Assembly: GCA_002633005.1 (NCBI GenBank)
Contig: NMRA01000198.1
Span: 544,137 to 608,136 of the forward strand
Length of the DNA: 64,000 nucleotides
Origin: Phoronis australis
Taxonomy: Eukaryota > Animalia > Phoronida
Direction: 5' to 3'
Positions 1 to 12,600 of the stretch are shown here, piece by piece. Position 1 is the stretch's first letter; each line of letters starts with the position of its first letter. The notes under the pieces were generated by a model, which saw nothing but the letters and a program-made list of their open reading frames with translations, had not been told where the DNA came from and ran no database searches. A program made the translations under genes and the position numbers.

Positions 1-326
1 TGTTTACATTTTGCCATGTTTGGTGACTTGCACTTCTTTCCAAGGCATGAGACCAGTACGCAGTATGTGTTCACCAGTGGAGTTGACTTGTTCTCCTCCA
101 CAAATGGAAATCTCAAAACTGTAGTTGCTCGTCTCTACTCTTAATTTTAACAGCTCACATGACCTCTATGTAACACAGTTTTTGGTTACATGCCAAATGG
201 TGCCACAATGCATTTATTCACTTTTACTGCTGTAAGTCAGTTGGACCACGCTACTGTTGTTACCATTCAAATACATACGTGAGCTCACAGTGTATGTCTG
301 TCATCTGTAGATACCTGGTTGGGTAT

Positions 327-413
327 TTATAGGGGTCTCGTATTTTGAGAAGCAGCCCATTATTCTGTGGAAAAAACTGGTTCTCAAAATGTGAGACCCC
401 TCTAAGTGACTAT
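327..413. mobile_element. Small hairpin MITE-like element (copy 1)
   Basis: Inverted arms aggggtctcgtattttgagaagcag / ctggttctcaaaatgtgagacccct. A related copy lies at 37107-37207. Confidence 0.6.
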
Positions 414-699
414 TGCTCATGGTTGTGTTCCTGTTTAAGTCACGTAATCCAACTTCTTTTGTTCCGACTTGACTTTTTCACGAAAAACAAAATCTGATGG
501 AAGTGGCATCATATTTGTTTGACATAGTTTGAGTTTGTTACAATATTCCCTCACAATCAAAAGTGTTTTGCATTTTCACCCGACACTAACCTAACCCTAA
601 CCAGCTAAAGTCTAACGAGCAAAGGATATTTTTGAAATGTCTGTTTGCTCATGGTTCTGGTTAACAGTGTTATGACCTGTCTCCCTCATTCCTTTGTAG

Positions 700-2786
700 A
701 TCTTACAAGAGTTAGAGTACGATGCATCTGTTGACTGGTGGGCCCTGGGCGTACTCATGTATGAAATGATGGCTGGCCAGCCTCCTTTTGAGGCGGACAG
801 CGAGGATGACCTGTTTGACTCAATCCTCCACGACGACATTCTCTACCCGGTCTGGCTGTCCAGAGAAGCTGTCAACATTCTCAAAGGGGTATTTTGTAAT
901 TTGTTTCTGTTGGGGTGTTGACAGTCACAGTACTTTCTCTATGAAGTTTGCACTCTGCCCACGTATTTTCAGTTGATCTGCCTTCCAATCTTGTAACTTC
1001 AACTAGCGTTTTGGTTCCCTGTTTTGGCTCCAAAAGTTTATCCTAACCTGTTTTGTGCGTATCTTTTTATCAATGAATGTTCTATTTCATTTGTAGATGT
1101 GGACCTGACTGATACGAGTTCTGTTGTACTTTACATGTAACACAAAGGGTCTTACATGGTTTGTTCATGAGACTTATTTCCATGAGGAGTTGAGAAAACA
1201 GCAAAAATACAACACATCTGACTTTCTCGGAGCCCCTTGTAGAACTCCCAACTTCTCTTAGTCACACGATATTCATCACAATATGCCGACAATACACGGC
1301 CGTGTTACAAACTTCAACTTTATCTTTCATTGTAGTTATCTGACTCAGTTAGGACTGTCTTCTCATCCTGTCTCTCTCTCCTCGTTACAGTTTATGACCA
1401 AGAACCCTGCCAAGCGGTTGGGCTGTGTAAAGGCGCATGGTGGTGAGAAAGCAATCCTGGTCCACCCTTTCTTCCAGGACAAGATTGACTGGGAGGCCCT
1501 TGAGCAGAAGAAAGTCAAACCTCCATTTAGACCCAAAATTGTGAGTATATGTTTACAGTGATTCAACAGCTATAGAGGGTGAGCTAGTTGTGCTGTGGTG
1601 GAGCACTCGCCTTACATGAGTAGGAGGGTTATTGTTTTGCTGCTGGCTGAAGTGTCACTAAAGAACCCCATTGAGGTCTCTTCAGAGCAAAGTTTTGACA
1701 ATGCCCCCTGTGGGGCTCTATTAGAGAACAAAGTTTGACAAGGTGCTGTGGAGTCCTAGGGATCCTTTTGTGCATTTGGCACATATGTGAAAAATGTGGG
1801 CAAGATGTCATAGTTTCAACTTTGTGGCCTTAAAGATAGTTAAATATTTTTTTAAGTTCATCATTTTTCTACTGACTTCTCATGTAATAGCTGAGCTGAC
1901 GATAAGGTAAAACCTCCTTCAGAATGGTCGACAATACAAGTTCTGAAAAGTTCTCCAACAGATTCTTCCCAAATAATCACCTCAGGACTCTTTGGATGCA
2001 AAACTATGTTGGAAAAATGGACACCATGTCGCCCTCTGTTGGTGCTTCTGGACAAAGTCCCCCAGGCACACTTTTCACATTTTTTGTAAAAACATTTAAG
2101 TTTGAACATGAAAGCATGCTTTTAAATTCTACCTTTGTTACACAAAGTATATTGCCTTAGTCTCCAGAAACGTGCAAACTATTCACTCACTAAACTAAGT
2201 GATATCACGAACAAAGTAAGTAGGCAATGAACTCACCACTGTTTCTGTCACTTTGTTTATAATGATGGACTACTCTAAAGGGCACTGTATTCAGTTTATA
2301 ATAGCTTGCTGCTCTAATTGGCATAATTGATTGTATTCTGTTTGTAATGATAGGCTACTGTAATGGACTTTATATTCTATTTATCAGCATTAAGGTTGGA
2401 TATATTTCTTTAAAATGGTTATTTTTGATATCATGATCTCAACATTCATCCTTTAAGTCTGACTTCGCCGTGTTTGTTCGAGTAACGATTTTTGGCTTTC
2501 ACTCTCACAGCCTCGCTGGCGCCCCTCTGAAAACCATGATGTTTCTCTAGCCCTCTTACCAGCTGTATGAAGGATAATGTCCTTCATCTCATCCATGTGT
2601 GTGGCCATGTTTCAGAAATCTCGTACCGACGCCAACAATTTTGATAAGGACTTCACGTCCGAGGAGCCAGTGCTTACCCCTATTGACCACCACGTGGTAA
2701 AGGCTATCAACCAAGAAGAGTTCCGTGGTTTCTCCATGGTCAACCACGACTATCAGAAATTACAGTTCGCTAATGCCTGCACATGA
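700..2786 (+). CDS. PRKCE: Protein kinase C epsilon-type (novel PKC), 3' part: last three coding exons; gene starts upstream of the window
   Basis: Exons 700-888, 1391-1540 and 2616-2786, all AG/GT bounded and phase 0. They translate to [63 protein letters not shown] / [13 protein letters not shown]...[19 protein letters not shown] / [24 protein letters not shown]...[13 protein letters not shown]...T*. This is a kinase C-lobe plus AGC tail (turn and hydrophobic motifs), closely matching PKC epsilon/eta as recalled. Confidence 0.95.
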
Positions 2787-5700
2787 TAATGTTGGTTGGC
2801 TAGGCTACAACAACGCTAAACAATTGTTTACATAATATATCTATACTCAGATCAGAGATTTGCTGTAGTGCAAGATATGAAGAGATGTGCTTTGATTGCA
2901 GTTTCTGGAATTATTCTCAAATTGAGCAAGGTGATGTTATGTTCTTTGTCCGTTCATAAAATGAATGTGCACTATAAACCTCTAGGCTAATAAGATCTGA
3001 ACAGCTACTGTTTGCTTCTTAGATGTTCACAAAGATAGCATAATATTCATGAAGTAAATGTGGTATTCATGAAGTGAAAGTGGTGTTCTAGAAGTGACTG
3101 TGTTGTTCATGTAGTGAATGATGTTCATGAAGTGAACGTGGTGTTCTAGAAGTGACTGTGTTGTTCATGTAGTGGCTGATGTTTGTGATGCAAAGGCGGT
3201 GTTCGTGAAGTGAACATGGTGTTCGTGAAATGAACGTGGCGTTCATGAAGTGAACAATGGTGTTCATGAAGTGAACGTGGTGTTCATGAGTGCAGTGTTC
3301 ATGTAGCGAATTCGATGTTTGTTCATGAAGTGAGTCTGTCATCCAGACCTAACCCCACTCAATACTGAATGTTATTACGTGTTAAACTGTTTGTAAACAA
3401 CCCATACATGGAGTTGTAATGTTTCCCACCTGGATATCTGTTAAAGGTGATTGTGTTAAGGTCACATTAGGTGTCGGCTCTGTTTGTTGCTACTTGCAGT
3501 GTCCAAGATCTATTGTAAGCTTAACTCAATCAACTCCAACAAAACATTTACACTAGATGAGATCTATCCTATTTTGAGATGTTTCCAGTAGCTGCAATCA
3601 AGTAATGTTCCAGAGTTGTTTTCAACTACAACTCCAGTTAGTTTTGGACCAGTGCACAAAGTTGCATTTGCTAATTAATGTGCAATGCTATTCTTTTCCT
3701 GTTATTGTGGCAACCACGTAGTTTGAAACGGCAGACAGGATGTTGGACAGATCCCTTTTTAAGTGGATTTAGACTCTTGCGTCCTTCACCTTGAAAATTG
3801 TGTGTGAATCCTGTCTAAAATAGATGTACCATTTCTACATGTTTAGTTTCTGACTGAAAGTCTGCTTTAGTGGGTGTGATGACATTGCACAAACCTGTGT
3901 ACAGCCGCTTGTGAAAATGTTGGTAGTGTTAGGTGGTGACGTAGTCTATAGTTGTCTCACTGTTGGAGCATCATTTATTACAACTGGCAATCAATCATTT
4001 ACATTTATTGGATTGTTATTCATGTAGCATAGCCAGGTGCAAAGTGACATAATCAGAGGGCTATCTGTATGCCGTGCATTATTTTTATAATGAATGAATT
4101 CCCAGTGCTCTAGAAATAGTGTTATAGTCAGCACTAATAGCCGGAAATGGTATTTTATTTTGCTTGCGTGCTGTGACTGTGAAATTGAGCGTTGTTGTAG
4201 AGTCAAACCCTTGTCACCAGTTAAGTCTTATAGATTACAGTTCTTCAATTTTGTGTGCCAAACTTCCCCCGTACAGCAATAAGTGTGAGGTACTGTTGTG
4301 GGGTTTGTTGTTATTGCCATAGCACAGCTCTCGCTCATTGTACGACTAACTTCCTGAAAATTCTCACATGTCGGATCGTTTGCCTAGGCCTTCTAGTCTT
4401 ATTCCTTCTGGTCAGTTAAATAAGCATTTGGCACAGGTACATGAAACTTGCAGGAAACAAAATAACTAGTTTAAATTTAAACAGCTATTAAACCTACCTT
4501 CCGACAAAAATCTAACTTTTGACTAAGTCTCAACTCATTTGTTACTCACATTTGAGGTGGTTTCTGGGATTGAACACATTTTTGTTATTGTTTCAGACCA
4601 AGGTCTTCTATCTCTCTGTTTAATACAAAACTTTTAACTCTTTCGAACTGCACCCTTTGCAAAGAATGTTGTTTCTTATACAGAACATGAGTTTGTAGCC
4701 ACTTTAATTGTGTTTCTTCGCATAGTCTTGCATATGCGTAGTTTACATGACGTGCAATTCTGTCTTACAAATCCTCTGGCTTGCTTAGAGGGAACAAACA
4801 AAACTGCACTCTTTCAATTCCAAATAAAAGTGGACAAAGAGTTGCTATTTGTGTGAACATTTAACTTAGTTTTGTCTCCCCTAACATATCTGTGATAGTA
4901 ATAACAAGTTGCGTTCTTAATGATTTCAAGTGCTAGTGGCTTCCTGAAACATCAGTTTTCAATATGTTAGATTTTTTAGAAATCACTTGTAGAGTATCCT
5001 GATTCTATTGTATCCTGATTCTATTGCTCGAAAAATTAAAATGTTGCCTTAACAGGTACTGGAGAGAATTAACATCGTTTGAGAATGCTTTTAAATCAAC
5101 GGTTTAAAATTAATTACCTATTTATTATCTGCTCAGTTCTTCTGTTGTTTCAGTTTGAATATTTATTGCCTCTGACTTTTTTGAAGTTTGCCATTTCGGC
5201 TAGTCATAATTAGGTGTGTGTGGGTCTTTGACGGAAGTACTGCAACTGTATTCAGGCTTGCAGTTGAGAGCAGTGTCTGTCTCGTGTTTAGTGGCATACA
5301 TTCCTAGCCATGGGTGCTCTACAGTAATGGGTTCTGCGTAATAAATCACTTGTAAGTCTTTCCACTCATTTCCCTTGGAACAGGTACTGTACTGGCAAAA
5401 TCGTACCCCATTCAATTTATCACAAAATTAGTCTAAATTCAGAGGTGTATACTTATTAACTTGAATGATTTTGAGCTGTAAGTTTTAAACTTGTTCAGTC
5501 TTTTCTTCTGACACTTAGTGTGAGAAACATATTACCGTATATTCTGGTTAACGCTCCCAAGACGTTAAAGTAAAAAATTGGAACTTCCAAAATGAATTTG
5601 TTGAAAACGCAGGGTTGGGGTTTTTTCCTCAATGTGAGCATTAACTCTGGCATAAAGCCAAAAACAGTCCAATCATGTCCTTGCTTTTAACTGTCTCGCA

Positions 5701-8370
5701 TGTAAATAGTTCATTTATTCATTTTGCTTTGTATTGTTACCACTGAAAACTTGACTTGGAAAAAAAATCTTAAATATCGAATTAGGCGAAATAGCCTTCC
5801 AAGTCTTTGCCACGTTTTCCCACTGGAGTTGTCTTAAAAAGAACTGATCTAGTTTTACTGCAGAGTGAGCCTTACTTCACTTCAGCAGTGAATTAGTACG
5901 ACCAATTAACAAGCTGTTCATAACAGTGCTTTTACTTGATTGGTTCTATTTATAAATAGGAAGAAGTCTCGTATCATAACCAAAAATTCAACCTTTGACC
6001 ATTTCATCTACACGGACAGCTGTAGAAGTTTCTCATGAGATTTGCCCTGCTTCAAGTCATCATTTGAGTGCCTCTTGAACCTGCACGTTGCAATCGGGGT
6101 GGTGCCATTGTTGCAACTCTGCATGTTTTAAAATACATTTCTAAAAGTAGATGCGCTTCGTTTTGATAAATTTGCTTCTTATTTTCTGCTAAAATTAGCT
6201 CGGCTTGTCAAGGTTGTGTGGTGAGCTTTCGTTTGTGACGGAGGCTTGTAATTGTTTGGAATTTAGCTAGAGAAAGGTTTAGACGATGTCATATACTTGT
6301 GTGCTCATTTGTAAGCGAATCCACTTGGAATATATGTATAAATACTTGTGTTACAATGTGCATTTGTACATCATCAGTGTTGTTTTACATAGTGATGAAG
6401 TTGTGTTTATGATATGTATAAATTTTTATGTATTGTGTGATATTCTTGGGTGGTTTATCTTAATATGTGAAATGGATTATCTGTGCAATTATGGCGAGCT
6501 AAAGTCGTCGAGCTGTTCTCTGTGAATCCAAGACTCGTTGCGTACGTTTAGATGCGACCGGTAAATTGTATTTATTCCGTGTATATTTTATGTCGGGATT
6601 TAGGTCACTTGACTTCGATGTTGTTATGCTTTGCTTGGCAGTCGTTACGCGCCAGGTCTGTTATTTGTGAAATTAAGAAACTGTAAGAGAAAGAAGCTTT
6701 AATTGTTAAATGCTGTCTCTTACCCTTTGAAATTTTACCAGGCAATTTTGTTCATGACGGTAATCTGTGACCCTCTAGTAGCTTTGTCTGTGGAGTGATT
6801 TTTTTGTATGATAGTGAAATTGTAATCAAAATGTCTCAAGATGTTTTAGTCCATGTTGGCAGAAAGAACAGCCTACCCACTCAGTTGCCTGGTAAATCTT
6901 TGGTACATTGTTTAGTTGCGAATGTAAAATTCACAAATCAATGGAGCTACTATTGCCAGCCTCGTGTGACAATTTTCACCCGATGGTTCACATGTTGTTA
7001 CTGTCTACCGGTATGTATTTACTTCCTTTTGTGGTCACAAGTCTCATTAGTAGACCACGCCCTTTTTTAGCTTTTAATTGAGGTGGCTACAAACCAACGT
7101 TGCATCAAAGAAGCGAATATTTTGATTTTGACCACTCACTGCTATGTAATTGTTTGCAACTTGTTCCTTATATAGATGAGAAGTGATGTTTGGGTGTGCT
7201 AGGAACTGACAAACAGTAATGAGCTGCCGCTTCTTTCAAAGCCCTGAAATTATCTCTAATTTGACTAAATAACAATTTGCGACCAATTTCATAACTGTAA
7301 GTAGCTTAAATCAAAAGCTGTTTTTTTGATGGAAGACTGGTTAGTACTCACTTTAGCTAGTCATTGTGTCATATCGTCTGCCTGTACTATCATGTACATT
7401 TTACAATTTGCAGTATTGGCGGCAATTCCTTGTCTGTTGTCGCATTTTAGCTTTGCAATTTCTACTTCTTGGTCATCCACGTTTTAGTCCACAAGGTTTC
7501 TTTCTTCCGACAATGTTGTGTGCAAGAATATCACTTTAACGGAGACCAGAATTTTTTATGAATTCAAAAGCATGGGTTCTGGAATTTCAAAGGATTTTGC
7601 AAGAATACACCATGCATATCATTTGTATGTAACTCCGACACAAGGTGGAGCTGCAGTTTTCTGGTCTCATTTTATGGAAGAATTTTAATATGCCTAAGTG
7701 TGTAGCAATGAAGTACTTTCAAACATTTGCCAATTTCACTGGGGACTCTGTAATATGCACTCATTTGTGCTACAGGTGTGCAGTCTCCCTGTGTGTGGTT
7801 TCCTGGCTGAATGAGTTGCAACATTTTCACTGTTTATTTCCTCTAGCTGCAACATGACTGGTCTGTCTGTGCTGTTATTGGCTAGTTGTTGTATTACATA
7901 ACAAGCTCTGCCTTACAAACTTGAATGTGATTAAAGAATCCTAGAGGAGTGATAAGATATTTAATCATTCAAGGATCATGCCATGCTAAATCTCTGCTTG
8001 TTTACATATACAACAAAACATGGAACTGAAGTTGCAGTAATTGATCACAGTTGCTTTCAACACTTATATGGATCTCGCGTCAGTGTTTCTGGTACTTTTG
8101 AATGGTTACTGATTTAGCTCGTCATGTTTTTAAAGGGTTGTTATTAGAACCTACGGTTATTTGCCACTGAGATATAATGTGAAGTATTGTATGTAATTTT
8201 ATTAATCTCACCAAGTGGTCCTGAACAGAGTGATATTCCTCTGTTCACTGCGCCACTGTTGTCTTCATCCGTTATATATGTCTGATTGTGTTGTAAAATT
8301 TTAGCCATACATTTAAACTGGTGAATGTTTTCTGTTAGAACCATTGAGACAATAAACCCAGTGGTATTTG
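2787..8370 (+). other. Probable long 3' UTR of the PKC gene
   Basis: About 5.5 kb with no recognisable exon, T/G-rich on the + strand. AATAAA at about 4823 and at 8351-8356. Strand skew flips to A/C-rich after about 8500, where the convergent RALGAPB 3' UTR would lie. Confidence 0.5.
3044..3332. repeat. Minisatellite, about 20-bp unit GTTCATGAAGTGAACGTGGT
   Basis: A dozen or more degenerate tandem copies with a palindromic TTCATGAA core, read directly. Confidence 0.9.
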
Positions 8371-9604
8371 TAAAAACAATGTTGTCTTTTTAGTATAAAA
8401 ACTCATTGAAGTTCTGCGGTAGGTTGATGTAGGCTAAACGTAATCATAAATTTGCACTAGCACAGCAGTTATTATTAGACTAAAACACCTATTGGTGAGC
8501 TTGTTCTATTCAAATAAATAATGCCAACAAAACAATTACATTTCAGCGATTTATGTTTTTGACACTGCATATTTTTAACATGAGTTTCATTACATTATAC
8601 TAGAATTTCACACATTAAATGCCAGGTGTCTGACGCAGGTAAGCACAAACTTTGGAACACTGCATGTTCGGTTAATTGAAAACATAGTAACAATTGAATA
8701 GTTACCAACTTATTCCAGTATTGTTCAGGAGGCAGTAACCGTATTTAAAACACCCGGCTTAGTAAACCAGTAGAGCAAACCAGAGGGCCGCTCGTCTCGA
8801 GAACCACAGCTGAGCTGACAATGCACACCAATATGTGAAATACAGCAACTGAATAAACTAGCCAATAGTTAAGGAAAGCACAGGTAGATAACGACCTGCC
8901 TGTTTCAAGTGAGCCATAGCTGAATTGACAGTTTATGCCAGGATGTGAAAATTCAAAACTATAACTGGATGAAGTAGGCACTACTAAGACCAATGGCTTG
9001 TACTGTACTAGCTTACAGACTAATAACCAATGAATGGGCCAGCGATGTGGAACCTAGGAAAATCCAACTTTGTCTAATCTAGGAAAATGATATCTCAGAA
9101 ATGGATGATTTCAAATGAAACTCAGATACTACGCTTAATGCACTATGTGCAATTTTCAAGCAAAATGTGAGGGCCAGACAGAGAATTGCATGAAAATACG
9201 AATACTACCAGGACATAACTACAAGCATATGTTATCCATTCAGAGAATAAGTTATCAACCGATGGACATTAGTAAGAACGTCATCAATTTTGTACACCTG
9301 CATGTCACACATACATTTAAATTTTGTGCCCATTACTACAGAAATTGCTGCATTTATTCAGATATTTGCATTGTAGCAGAATACAATTCAACAAAAGGTT
9401 TACTATAACTTACACATACAAATAACAAGCACCATAATTTTACTATTTCCAGGTCATCAACCCACATCTTTTAGAACATGGCAACTCTCTGCGATAAAAC
9501 CTAGTGAGTGGACTGAATCGCTAAGTGACACATCATAACATGTCACCAATACATGTAACATAACCAGAGCACTCAACAATTCCATCCCACAATCCCCAAT
9601 CTTG

Positions 9605-12600
9605 TCAGACGGTTGTCTGCCGTAACACTTTGTGAAAGAGTGACGTATAAAACTCGGCAGGCTCCGACATGGTGCAACGGTACTTCTGAACAATTTCCTG
9701 AATCTTCAGTTTCCTTTTAACATGAGGAGGGTGGTAGCTGGAACAGATAATGACCAGATGTGTTCAAACTGAATGGAAGGATAAATTGCAGCCAATAACA
9801 TATCTACGAACTGACTACAAACCATAGTTGCAAGAATCTTGCCAGAAAGCAAGATTACGCAAGACCATGCGAAAAGTCAAGTGTTCCACGAGAATGGTGG
9901 GAGCCTTTCTAGCTAGTGAAGTGATTAGTTTGTGAGGTTGGGATGTTGGATGATGGGGTAGAATTCACTGTTTCCGTTCCACAAGAGGAGATTGCTTGCT
10001 GCAAGTGCTGTGTGAGTGTCTCGGAACATGACACTGGTCTACGGAACATGACACAGGTCTACGGAACACAAAACTGGTCTACAGAACATGGCCAGCCATT
10101 TTAAACTTGGTCTGCTTCATTTCATTTGCAGGTTCTCAGACAATAGTCACATCATGAAATCACACAGCCGAACACTCTTGATTCTGTGATAATTATGCAC
10201 AATGGTGTACACCACCACGGCAATCATCCCATAGTTCTACAAAGCTGACATGAAACATTACTTAGATATTCATAAATCAAACACTAATACAATTTTCCTG
10301 TAGCACAATTAGTTGTATCGGTAACACCAGAAAATTGATAAGTTAGGGAGTGTCTTGGCATTCTTTTCTTGCCTATCTCAACTCAAAAATGTTTAGCAGC
10401 ATAACCTCAGTTTCAAAAACCAATCATGTAATGTGTTTTTCATCCTCCGCAACAGATGAACGCTGAATTTGGAACGTGACTATTTTTTCCTGATAACTTG
10501 TTGAGGCCGGTCTAATGGCAACAGCGCACTGTCAGTTCTGTCCAAGCACAGAGATCACCTCTAATTTGACAGAGGAACAATTTGAGACCAATTTCATAAT
10601 GGTAAAGTTCTACATCAGAAGGCAGGTTTGTAGCAGTTGTAGAACCCTAGAAAAAAAGTCCAAATTTGGCTAACTTCAGAAAATCACCTCAGAAATGGCT
10701 GACCATATTCATATGAAACTTTGACCATGCTTTATGCACTATTCACCAAACCAGTGTTAAAGGAATTTTAATTGCATAGGACCTATTGAAAACCAGAACT
10801 AATAATTTTGTGAAAATACACTGAAGCTGCATGAAAAGAAAGCAAAATATAAAGAAGACTGTAAGTCTAGAGCATTTGGAGTTCTCATCCTGAACATTTA
10901 TAACAAATAAAATTTGATCACGTTATTGATTCTGCTGTTTGTCTCTCAATTGTGCCTTTCTTTTTCCTAACTTTTACCAAAAACATGGTCACCATACCCA
11001 ATTAATGTCAGATAGGTAAAAACTCAAAAACCAAATTCTACAGGCTTTCTACTTTACACTTTTACCGAGTTAAAATCTGCAGATATTTGGCTAAATGCAC
11101 AAACTTGTCAATACGACCCTACATAACCTTAAAATAAGACCAAAACAAACACACAATCATCCACCAAATGGCTACTTGTGTTCAACAAGTGGAAAAATAA
11201 ACAAGACATATCAAGGTACTGTCCACCTATATCTACTTACGATTCATTGTCTAGCCTCTTGCGATAAAAATTGTTCAAAGCCGTCTGCCTTACAAGGTCA
11301 CCAAGTGCACGTCTGCTCACAACCATTCCATCCCATAATGGTATGGCTAGGCCAATCCTGAAATGAAGACATGTGACACTAAACACAGAGCAAGATACCA
11401 TTTTTTAATTATGCACCTGTCAAATTGCAATGTAACTTACGTGAACAGGTTTATTTGTAATGGCTGCAAATTTTGTAAAGTCAAAATCAGTAATGGTTTT
11501 ATACTCATAATTAAAGAGATTTTCAGAATGCAATACATACAATTGAAGAGGAAATGAATGAACATTGCACTGTTTACCAAAAACGTTGCTATAAATAATC
11601 TGGGAGAAAATGCATCCATTTTTTAAAGACAGTCCTCTTTCCAAGGTACATTGGGGTCTGACACTGTACGTTTTGCATCATTTCAAAGATGCCTATGATT
11701 ATTGGCTCATGGTTATAACGTCACATGAATTCTTGTATATCAAACACTTTAAATTGATTTCATACAGAAAGGTCATGTGACTGGACTCACCTTCCTGGCT
11801 GACCGTGGATGTGAATTCGGAACAGTCCTGACTTGAGCGCATGTATGAAGATAACTAGGAGATCCTTTGACAGGGAGGCACTAGTGCTGCCCTCTCGACC
11901 AGTACCGGTGCTGCCCTCTCGACCAGTGCTGGTGGTGCCCAAGGCCAGCTCGGCTGGACAGAAACAACAAGTAAAATTGAAACAGAGAGCAAAACCACCG
12001 CAGCACGGTAGAATGACAAATAACGTTACATATATGACTGTATGGGGGCACTCTTCCCATATAGAATGCTGACATAACTATCAACTTCATTGAAGAGTCT
12101 GCCTCTAATATAAGAACTAAACAGGATTTTTTATAACTTGTGTGCCTCCATTCTAAGGTCACACCACCTTAACTAATACCAACTGTCAATCAATAAAATC
12201 ATTGATATATTTGAGGATCACACAAATGTATAATGTGCAAGGATGATGGCAAGACGACAGACATGCAATATTTTCACGGACATCATAAATTTCCATGATA
12301 ATGAAGCATAAAAGACGTTTTCTTCACATGCGCATGAAGTTACTTAAAATTGTGACACAATGTGGTCAAAAACTACTTAACAGGGGCCAGTACAGATGGA
12401 AATCAGTAAGTCATAGGTTATAAACTAAGTCACTGGTTACAAATAGTAACACGATAACATCACTGCAGCAATGTCGGAAATTTTGGAAATTTTTAGAAAC
12501 GCGCTTTTTGTTTTCTTATTGATGTTTTGAAGCTAAATGCAACCATCAATTGGCGAGAAAAAAGTGAAGATTGAATCAGGTTCAGCGACGACAAGTATTA

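Noticed and set aside
586-601. CTAACCTAACCCTAACC telomere-like motif
   Set aside because: Too short (about 2 units) to call an interstitial telomere; likely a repeat relic.
1861-2160. Possible alternative terminal exon of PKC
   Set aside because: No frame gives the NFD, turn or hydrophobic motifs, and there is no convincing in-phase acceptor.
3088-3342. His-rich 84-aa minus-strand ORF (SLHEH repeats)
   Set aside because: It is a translation of the minisatellite, with no splice or promoter context.
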